Source: Octopus vulgaris
Lineage: Eukaryota
Direction: 5' to 3'
DNA length: 64,000 nucleotides
NCBI GenBank assembly: GCA_951406725.2
Contig: OX597815.1
Span: 203,980,001 to 204,044,000, forward strand
Positions 54,498-64,000 of this stretch are shown here, piece after piece. Position 1 is the stretch's first letter, and each line of letters begins with the position of its first letter. Below the pieces are notes generated by a model. It did not search any database. It saw only the letters and a list, made by a program, of their open reading frames with translations, and was not told where the DNA came from. A program made the translations under genes and the position numbers.

Positions 54498-56229
54498 AAA
54501 TTAGTAGACTATCCAAAGAGCACATTAGTAAAAGAACACCATCTCGCCTGGAAATCCATCAAAGACCCATCAGGCAAAAATTGTGGGTCATGAATTAGAA
54601 TTAAAGGGGGATCAGCTAAGAAGCGTTTAGAAAATTGGTCAACCCATTTTAAAAACCTCCTTGGGAAGAATGCCAAAATCCCTGATAACCCCACTCTTCC
54701 AAGTGTGCCTATATCAGACACGCTGGACATCAACACCTCCCCTTTTACCATATTTGAACTAACAGCAGCTACCAAGCAACTAAAAGCCTCGAAAGCATTT
54801 GGTCCCGACAACATCCCAGCTGTAATTTGGAAGGATGATAGATTTCACACACTTTTGCTCAACCTCTGCAACCACACACTTTCCACCTTTGTCGCTCCAA
54901 AGATTTGGCACCAATCTCAAATCATTCCAATACCCAAAAAAGGCGATTTATCCCTCGTCACCAACTACAGGGGTATATCTCTAATGTCAATTGCTGCAAA
55001 ACTGTACAACAAACTGATCCTAAATCGTCTTGTCCTTTTTGTTGAACCTTTGCTCCGAAAGAACCAAAATGGATTCAGACATGGGCGCTCAACGCTGAGC
55101 CAGATACTATGCCTACGCAGACTTATTGAAGAATCAAAAGCATTTAATCGCGATCTTGCAGTGGTATTTGTAGACTTTTCTAAAGCGTTCGATTCTCTAT
55201 ATAGGTACAAGATGTTTGAAATCCTTAAGCTCTATGGGATACCAGACAAAATCATTTCTGCCATCAAGGTCCTCTACACAGATACGTCTTCAACCATCTT
55301 AACCCCTGACGGAGAAACATCATCTTTCTCAATCAAAGCCGGAATACTGCAGGGAGACACACTCGCCCCATTTCTTTTCATCATTGTTGTTGATTATGTG
55401 CTACGTATGTCAGTTGATATCATCTCTGGCAAGGGCTTTGAAATATAACCAAGAAGAAGTTCCAGACACCCAGCTGAGTACTTGACAGATACTGACTTTG
55501 CTGACGACATCGCTCTTATCAGTGATTCTCTCTCCAATGCCCAGTCTCTTTTACAATCTCTTGAACAAGCCTCAAATTGTGTAGGTCTTTACCTCAATGA
55601 GGCCAAAACTGAATACATAAACAAGTGCCTGTCCAACAGTGATTGCATCATCCACACTCTCAACAGTGCACCTTTAAATATGGTTTCTGATTATAAATAT
55701 CTTGGGTCATACATATCATCATCTGGAAAAGACTTTCTAACTAGAAAGTGTATGGCCTGGTCAGCCTGTAATGACATGCATAAGATCTGGTCATCAAATA
55801 TAAGTAGAGACTTCAAACTTGAAATATTCAAAGCCACAGTCGAACCAATTCTACTATATGGCTCAGAAACCTGGACGTTATCAAAGAAGCTTGAGAGGCG
55901 GTTGGATGGAACCTACACTCGCCTCCTTATGAGAGCTCAAAATCTCTCGTGGAAGCGCCATCCAACCAAAATGCAAATATATGGGAAACTACCACCTGTG
56001 TCATCTCTTGTGAAAGGTAGGAGAGTCCAGTTTGCTGGACATTGTTGTAGAGCTGAAAAGCCATCTACTCGCAATACCAGAGGGCGCACACTCTCCTACC
56101 CTGATGTAATCTCCAGGGATACAGGCATCCAGCAACAGGACCTCCGTAATGCCATGATGGACCGTGAAGTCTGGCGTAGCATGGTAAATTCCATTGTCTC
56201 GACCACGGTCGAACAATGATGATGAATGA
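54498..56229 (+). mobile_element. RTE-clade LINE, 5'-truncated, relatively young
   Basis: RT motifs YRGISL, QNGFR, FVDFSKAFDS, GILQGDTLAP, DFADD, YKYLGS; (TGA)n tail; candidate TSD TGTGTATGTGT at 54487 and 56230. Confidence 0.92.
54705..56219 (+). pseudogene. RTE reverse transcriptase, one frame with a single premature stop (55446-55448)
   Basis: ORFs 54705-55448 and 55482-56219 are in the same frame. Confidence 0.88.
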
Positions 56230-56879
56230 TGTGTATGTGTGTCTACGCGTGGGTGGGTGCGCGCGCGCGTAATGTGTGCAAGCGTGTGTATGCGTGGAAA
56301 GTGCACACCCATTAATGTATATTTCTAATAAAATGTTACTCATTGTATACCAAATCGACATTTCTTATCGATTCTAGGTCGAGTGGTTAAGGTATTGGAT
56401 TCCCGATCGTAATGTTGTGGTTTCGATACCCACATCGGTTCGTGTGTCGTTTTATTCAGCAAGGCACTTCATTTCACGTTGCTCCTATCACCTGAATTGG
56501 AAATGTCTGCCAACGGCAGCTGGGGATTTCACCGGCGATGGATGGAAACGCCTTCAGGAAGGTGAGGTCACTATTCCATTCTCAGTCGCTTATAGGCCAT
56601 GGACACATAAAGGGCATGTAGCCTTATTAACAGATTTGAAGCCCAAGAGGAAAATGCAAAGCAAAACCAAATATTTATCTGGATTGGGTTCAGCGATGAA
56701 TGTTCCACTCCGTCGATCAAGTGGAACTGTTTGACTCATTCAATTCTCTAACGTTTCGGTTATCGCTGCACTTAATACACTCGCACATATACAAACGTCA
56801 CACATATACGCACGAACACATGTTTTCATGTGAGGAAGTCGGAGAGAAAGAGGAAAAGATGCGTGTGTGTATATGTAAA

Positions 56880-56894
56880 TATATACATTATATA

Positions 56895-56952
<58 letters not shown>

Positions 56953-57042
56953 GCATATACATATATATATATGCATATATATATATAGATATATGCATAT
57001 ATATCCATATATATATACATATATATATACATATATATATAC

Positions 57043-57075
<33 letters not shown>

Positions 57076-57088
57076 CACACATATATAT

Positions 57089-57144
<56 letters not shown>

Positions 57145-57172
57145 ATATATATATATATATATATACAATATA

Positions 57173-57226
<54 letters not shown>

Positions 57227-57322
57227 AATATATGTATATATATATATATAAATATATATATATACATATACATACATACAAATATATGTATATATATATA
57301 TACATATATATATACATACAAA

Positions 57323-57380
<58 letters not shown>
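56880..57380. repeat. Long imperfect (TA)n microsatellite
   Basis: Direct observation. Confidence 0.95.
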
Positions 57381-57381
<1 letters not shown>

Positions 57382-57757
57382 CACACACACACACATATAT
57401 ACATACACACGTATAAGTATGTACATAGGTGTGTTCATATTAACAATTGCCATATCGGCATATACGGCAATCAGTGTTAGTGATTGCGTAATGCAATGTC
57501 TGTATGCAACATAAATAGATAATTTTCCTTATAACTCTATACTAAACACTTCGGTGAAGGAAAACGCCTACACTGACAAACCGATTGTCGCTAAAACAAT
57601 GGTCGTTTGCTCCCACAGATTCTATTACGGTGAATTAAAATAACAATAGGCATTAAATTTGTATTATAAAAGTGCGAATTTACACAAAGAATAGACACCT
57701 AGAAATAAGGGTTGCATTATATATATATGTGTGTGTGTGTATGTGTGTGTATCTATC

Positions 57758-57792
<35 letters not shown>

Positions 57793-57813
57793 ATGTATCT
57801 ATCTATCTATCTA

Positions 57814-57865
<52 letters not shown>

Positions 57866-58007
57866 TAAATTAGAGATAAAACCACTATTAGGCAAATCAA
57901 ACAGTGAAAAACATAAGCCAATACATAAAATTCCAATTTTATAGTATAAATATATTTTATTATATATATATATATATATATACACATATATATTCATATA
58001 CATACGT

Positions 58008-58038
<31 letters not shown>

Positions 58039-58399
58039 CACACATATGGGTATGTATGTGCGTGTATGTACACAGTATGTGTGTATGTGTGTGCGTGCTA
58101 TTCTTCCGGCATTACCTTCTGGGTTCAAATGTCGTCACGATTGACCTGGTCTTCCATCTTTTCGAGGTCATAAATAATTATCAGTGAGGCACTGGGGCTA
58201 ATACAATAAATTAGGCTCTCTTCACAAAATTTCAGAACTTGTAGCGATAATAATAAGAATAAAAAGAACATTGTTATACTGAATGGTTCCTGCTATCAAA
58301 TATAGTCACGTCAGACAGAACGGATGCGATCGAAGCCGAAAATTTGAGTTTATAGAACACAGAAGCAATACTCATATATCACCTAATGAATCACAAGGT

Positions 58400-58680
58400 G
58401 CTACACAAGGAAGACTGAATCAACGTAACAGCTGAGGTACTAGGAGAGACCGACAGAGCTACGTCTCTGTTCCTTGGAGCGAAGACGGGAGAGCTATGCA
58501 GTGATACGTGTGTGGAAGATACTGGAGGTGCTGGCACTAAACTTTGGAATTGAGAGTTATACCAGACCTGCAACTGGGCGTCACTGCACTGTTCCAAAAG
58601 TCCCAACTGTTCCAAAAGTGGCAACTGATCTACTATCTAAGGTCATGACTGTATACTGCAATAGTTTGGGATGTTTCGAA
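58400..58680 (+). mobile_element. CR1/L2/Jockey-group LINE 3' fragment
   Basis: LRLCSLERRRESYAVIRVWKILE motif. Confidence 0.6.
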
Positions 58681-59214
58681 GTCTTAGTCCTCAATGATCA
58701 CGCAGGAAAAAAACAAAAACGCTATATGGTGAGGAAAAAACCATATCTCTGTGAGGTTTTACTGATAATATTCTTATTTGTCACGTAGTCTACTCGCGCA
58801 AGGAATATCGTGGATTTATATGCCAAGTGAAACTCGAGATAAACTATGCGTTTCATCCTTGTAGGATCGATAACGACTAGACAATGCACAGTGGTCGTTA
58901 AAAACGAATGCACCGTAATCCGAATGTTATAATCTTTTACCGATGCTCGCGATAATTATCACACAGGTATTGTTTTCAAACATAGTTGTCCCAGCATGGC
59001 AGTGGTCCATAAGTGAAACAAGGAAAATTAATAAACTTAGCTACATATTTTAGTGCGAGTATATGTTAGATTATATCAACGCTAGTGCCCGAGTGATATA
59101 TTGTGTGGTCCTCGATAAACTAAAATGCAAAGTTCATAGGCGGGTTTTGAATTCAAAGGGTAAAAGGGCATAAGAAAAAGCTACCAGGTGCTTATTCAGC
59201 GCAGTACAATTATA

Positions 59215-59273
<59 letters not shown>

Positions 59274-59635
59274 TATATAGGGGGCATTATTACACATAAA
59301 TATATATATACTTACACGCATACAACCACGCACATACACACACACGCGCGCACACGTATATATGTATGCAGAGATGTAGACGATATCATTGGTAAAATAG
59401 GGAATTATAAAAATATTTATTACAGTATTATTCTCATTAAATTCTCATTAGATTCCAATCTGCCACGTTTCTACTGCATAAATGTCGTAATGTCATTTGA
59501 AGTAGCATTTATGTGCACTTCGTGTTTCAGTTGCACTATATATTTATCCGGGGTAGACATTCCTATGCAGCTTTATTCAAGGTTTTACCCAGATGGGTGG
59601 GTGAAGCGAACTTAGTAATCCATTGTTACATATAT

Positions 59636-59745
<110 letters not shown>

Positions 59746-59975
59746 GGTTTGAGTAATTGAGATTCAAGTGAATTCTAATGAATTCACATATATCCAAAAT
59801 TTCTTCACATAACTTGATTAACAATTCACAATGAGCTATATATGGACATGCACAAATTCTGTATGTTCAAGACCTTTCATCGGATCTCCAGGAATCGAAC
59901 TTTCTTCAATGCAGTTAAACTCACACCCTCATTTGTATCTACCCCTTTTGATGTTTGGGAATCTCTGATGTTTTT

Positions 59976-60059
59976 TCGGCTGACGAGTACGAGCCATCTA
60001 TATTTACTGCATTTTTTGTAGCCTATTAAAGACGTCCTCGTACGAAACAATTGTACCGA
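59976..60059 (+). ncRNA. Hammerhead ribozyme, type I, canonical core, in a (TA)n-flanked element (59746-60090)
   Basis: TCGG-CTGACGA-GTACGAG..43 nt..CTCGTAC-GAA-ACAATTGT-A-CCGA; all stems perfectly paired. Confidence 0.88.
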
Positions 60060-60087
60060 TATTTTAATCCATTCTTGTTGCTTTTTT

Positions 60088-60221
<134 letters not shown>

Positions 60222-60420
60222 GTAGGTGGCTTGTTAATTCAAAGCCTAAAGGTAAATATATAAACGTCACTAAAGTGGCAACGATACAAAGTTGTACCAC
60301 CATTGCTAGAAATAAGAGTCAAAACAATTCATTAGCCACAAAAAGCACTATCTTAGTAAGTTGACGAGAGAGACAGTTCCCTGCTCTAGTAAAATAAATC
60401 TCCTTATTGAAGTAGCAGAT

Positions 60421-60480
60421 ATACGTATATCACGTGATTTCAAATTGTGTTGCATAACACCTCGATTCTCGTCAGTGGAT
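60421..60480 (-). ncRNA. Hammerhead motif, copy A of the 357-bp unit
   Basis: CUGACGA-GAAUC..GUG uuaugcaa CAC AAUUU-GAA-AUCACGUGAU-A; stem I weak. Confidence 0.65.
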
Positions 60481-60559
60481 CTTACTGCGCCTAGGGTCAG
60501 CTCAACTCGCCTCGTCAACTTACAAGAAAACCGTTGAAAGCATGTGTTTTTTCAGACCG

Positions 60560-61065
60560 GTAGAGGGTAGCGAACTTCTTCACTACTTCAGGGAGTGACG
60601 ACCCTGCCTGACACGAGTTCCGGGCTCAGCTGGCTCCGGCTGACAGTACCCGGTATGGGCCCCTATCCAGGGTTACGGAAAGGAGACAACCTTCAAAGAA
60701 ATCCAGAGTGGAGCCCCGAAGGCGGTTTAGTGTTCGACTCGACACTCTTCCGGCAGCTCCTGCAACCAAGCTGATGCCAAACGTAATGCTCAGCACTCCT
60801 TTGGACTACGTCAGCAAGGTCGAGAGAGGAAACCTGACGATTGGGCTACCCAGGACTTTCTTATCTCTAGCCCAGGCCTGCGCAAAACTGGAGAGGACAC
60901 TTCAGTGCTGCTGTAAAAAGCTGCAGAAACAACACGGGAGGTAACAGATAGGACTACACAGCCACAGCAGGAAATGTATCAGGACATGAAATGTAAAAGC
61001 CGGACTAGACTATTTTATGCGCAACTCCATTGTCTCCCGAGACAAAAAGGATGCCAACAAGACAT
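60560..61065 (+). mobile_element. GC-rich insertion resembling an RTE-type LINE 5' UTR
   Basis: GCAGCTCCTGCAACCAAGCTGATGCCAAACG...CCTTTGGACTACGTCAGC hairpin; interrupts the 357-bp array. The family call is from recollection of RTE 5' ends only. Confidence 0.45.
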
Positions 61066-61223
61066 GTTTACTATAAATAATGTAGGTGGCTTATCAGCAA
61101 TTTAAAACCTAAAGGCAAATTTATAAAAGTCACTAAAGGGAGAAAAGTATAAAGTAGTACCAGCATTGCTAGAAATAAGAGTCAAAACAGCTCATTAACC
61201 ACAAAAAGCAATATCTTAGTAAG

Positions 61224-61280
61224 ATCCACTGACGAATATTGAGGTGGTATGCATCAGAATTCCAAATCACGTGATATGGT
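61224..61280 (+). ncRNA. Hammerhead motif, copy B (G12 mutated)
   Basis: CCA-CTGACGA-...-CAA-ATCACGTGAT-A-TGG. Confidence 0.6.
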
Positions 61281-61581
61281 TGTATCTGCTATTATAGTAG
61301 GGCGCTTTATCTCACTAGAGTAGGGAACTGTCTCTTGTCAATTTACTGAGTGCTTTTTGTGGCTGAGTTGTTTTGACTCTTACTTCTAGTAATTCTGATA
61401 CCACTTTGTACTCTTATCACTTTAGTGACGTTTATAAATGTTCTTTTAGGTTTTAAATTGCTAATAAGCCACCTACATTATTTATAGTATACACTTCTAC
61501 CATTCTGAAACAGCACGTGCTTTCAACAGTTTTCTTATAAATTGACCAGGTGAGTTGAGCTTATCCTCAGGTGCAGTAAGA

Positions 61582-61637
61582 TTCACTGACGAGAATTGAG
61601 GTGTTATGCAACACAATTTGAAATCACGTGATATACG
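61582..61637 (+). ncRNA. Hammerhead motif, copy C
   Basis: CTGACGA-GAATT gag GTG ttatgcaa CAC AATTT-GAA-ATCACGTGAT-A; stem I weak. Confidence 0.65.
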
Positions 61638-61645
61638 TATATCTG

Positions 61646-61871
61646 TTTCTTTATTGCCCACAAGGGGCTAAACATAGAGGAGACAAACAAGGCCAAACGG
61701 AGTAAGTCGATTACATCGACCCCAATGCGTAACTGGTACTTAATTTCTCGACCCCGAAAGGATAAAAGGCAAAGTCGACCTCGGCGGAATTTGAACTCAG
61801 AAGTAACGGCAGACGAGATACGGCTACGCATTTCGCCCAGCGTGCTAACGTTTCTGCCAGCACGCCGCCTT
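61646..61871 (-). mobile_element. SINE family B inserted into the HHR array
   Basis: Full copy; the host unit resumes with a duplicated TCTG. Confidence 0.88.
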
Positions 61872-62155
61872 CTGCTACTTCAGTAGGGAGGTTTGTCTCA
61901 CTAAATTAGGGAGCTCTGTCTCTCTCTCGCTAACTTACTTAGATAGTGCTTTTTTATGGCTAATGAACTGTTTTGACTCTTATTTCTAGCAATGCTGATA
62001 CTACTCTGTACCCTTGTCACTTTAGTGACGTTTATGTATATGTGTGTGTGTGTGTGTGCGTGTGTGTTTGAGTTTGTGTGTGTATTCCTTTAAATTCCTT
62101 CGGAGTAAGTCGTTTCTATATTTCTAATTATGTGTAGAGAGATGGAGAGAGAGAC

Positions 62156-62192
<37 letters not shown>

Positions 62193-62208
62193 TAGGTAGA
62201 CAGACATT

Positions 62209-62302
<94 letters not shown>

Positions 62303-62639
62303 TAATTGATGAGAGAAACGGATAAATTGACTTGGCAGGATTCTTTATTCAACGCGACGATCGTTTCGATCCATTCTACGGGTAGGATTTTGTGGATGAT
62401 ATCAGGGAGCCCAGATGATGAATGTACTTTAATCGGCATATTAATAGACATATATTCAAAGTCCAAATAGTTATTTATGTATATGTGTGTGAGCCTGTCT
62501 GTCTGTCCGTGAGTGCGTGCATATGTATGTATGCATGTATGTACGTATGCATGCATGCAAGTATGTATATATGAATGGCTGTATACATACACACACACAC
62601 ACACACACACACACTGACATGTATAGTGTAAACACATAA

Positions 62640-63150
62640 TCTATATATATAAAACTGTAGTTTGTGAGTGTCTGTCTCCTTCGATTTAGATTCCTAACTA
62701 CTCCCACATTTTGCGGTGCAGTTTAACCAAATTCGGGTATCTTATAGTCGTGATTCATATCGAGCCCGTCTAAGTATTAGCGCGCGTCTACAATGAGTCT
62801 ACGATTTTAAAAATAATTTAACATCATTTTTTATTCCATTTTAATACATAATTTTTCGTGTGTCGATGGCGGCGGAGTTGGCGTCCATGGTCACACCTGC
62901 ACCTGTTTGCTTCTCCCCCTTCTTCCCTCCCTCGTGAAGCTGCGGGGAAGGGAGTGTAAGGAAATCAACGTCGTAAAGCGTTGTCAAGGAGACCAGCGTT
63001 CTTTTAGAACAACGACTTCATGGCTTGAAGACACCAAAACAGAAATGGCTAAGAAATCCCGAATTGGCATCTATAAGGGAAGTAACTCTCTAAAAATGCT
63101 TATATAGTTATTTCCTTACAAACCCGAGCAACGCCGGGCGATACTGCTAG
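62640..63150 (+). mobile_element. Non-autonomous Helitron-like element, complete
   Basis: A|TCTATATATATAAAA...CCCGAGCAACGCCGGG-CGATACTG-CTAG|T, no TSD. Confidence 0.85.
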
Positions 63151-63168
63151 TATTAAATAAAAGTGAAT

Positions 63169-63346
63169 AGGCGCAGGAGTGGCTGTGTGGTAAGTAGCTA
63201 GCTAACCAACCACATGATTCCGGGTTCAGTCCACTGCGTGGCATCTTGGGCAAGTGTCTTCTGCTATAGCCCCGGGCCGACCAATGCCTTGTGAGTCGAT
63301 TTGGTAGACAGAAACTGAAAGAAGGAAAGAACCTGTCGTATATATG

Positions 63347-63383
<37 letters not shown>

Positions 63384-63596
63384 GTGTTTGTGTGTCTGTG
63401 TTTGTCCCCTAGCATTGCTTGACAACCGATGCTGGTGTATTTACCTCCCCGTCACTTAGCGGTTCGGCAAAAGAGACCGATAGAAAAAGTACTGGGCTTA
63501 CAAAGAATAAGTCCCGGGGTCGATTTGCTCGACTAAAGGCGGTGCTCCAGCATGGCCGCAGTCAAATGACTGAAACAAGTAAAAGAGTAAAGAGAG
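63169..63596 (+). mobile_element. tRNA-derived SINE, family A
   Basis: Full-length copy. Confidence 0.9.
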
Positions 63597-64000
63597 TATT
63601 CGATGTTTAAATAACGTATAGTAAAAACGTAATCAGTAATGCTTTAAAACTAGGGTTAAGAATACTTTAATTTTATGTCAAGTAATGGAAATATGAAATA
63701 CGTTATGCCTTTAATTGCAATCGATGAAACTGAAAAAAATACATTATTCGAGTACGGCAAAGAGCCTTACGACTGGTGCCGGAAGTGATTTGTTAAATTC
63801 ATTTATAAATCATGGCGATTTGCAAACGTCATATTAAATATGAATGTGTTTCATCAAATGATAATGAGTGCATTGCATTCCATAAAAATTTGAGATCTAA
63901 AGGTTTGCCAATGTATTTTTATTAAGTATCGCTTTATATATCAACATTTTTGAACCGTTAACATTTTCAATTCCCGATGTGCAATTTCGGACTTCGTAGA

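Noticed and set aside
56746-56770. Minus-strand GAAACGTT resembling an HHR 3' half
   Set aside because: No upstream core or stem II partner; compatible with chance
57543-57609. ACAATGGT-C-GTTT resembling an HHR 3' half
   Set aside because: No GAA and no correctly placed core

Overview
AT-rich, microsatellite-dense animal genomic DNA with no recognisable host gene. The SINE and microsatellite make-up suggests a coleoid cephalopod (octopus-like); that assignment is an inference. The ordinary content is transposon debris: tRNA-headed SINEs of three families, non-autonomous Helitrons, mariner/Tc1 relics, and R4/Dong-, Tx1/L1-, CR1- and RTE-type LINE fragments. The notable signal is invisible to the ORF track. 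About 12 complete and several partial minimal type I hammerhead-ribozyme (HHR) motifs, from roughly ten sequence families, lie in short non-coding elements. Each has a self-complementary (dimerising) stem III, and two show compensatory swaps of the core 3-8 pair (G3-C8 and A3-U8). The elements occur as head-to-tail repeats (351, 357 and 467 bp units) and as fold-back palindromes whose turn is at or beside the ribozyme, often inside (TA)n tracts. Two inverted copies are bracketed by a single target-site duplication. This fits a large population of Penelope-like pLTR / non-LTR retrozyme elements. All structures were read by eye; no folding, alignment or database search was run.
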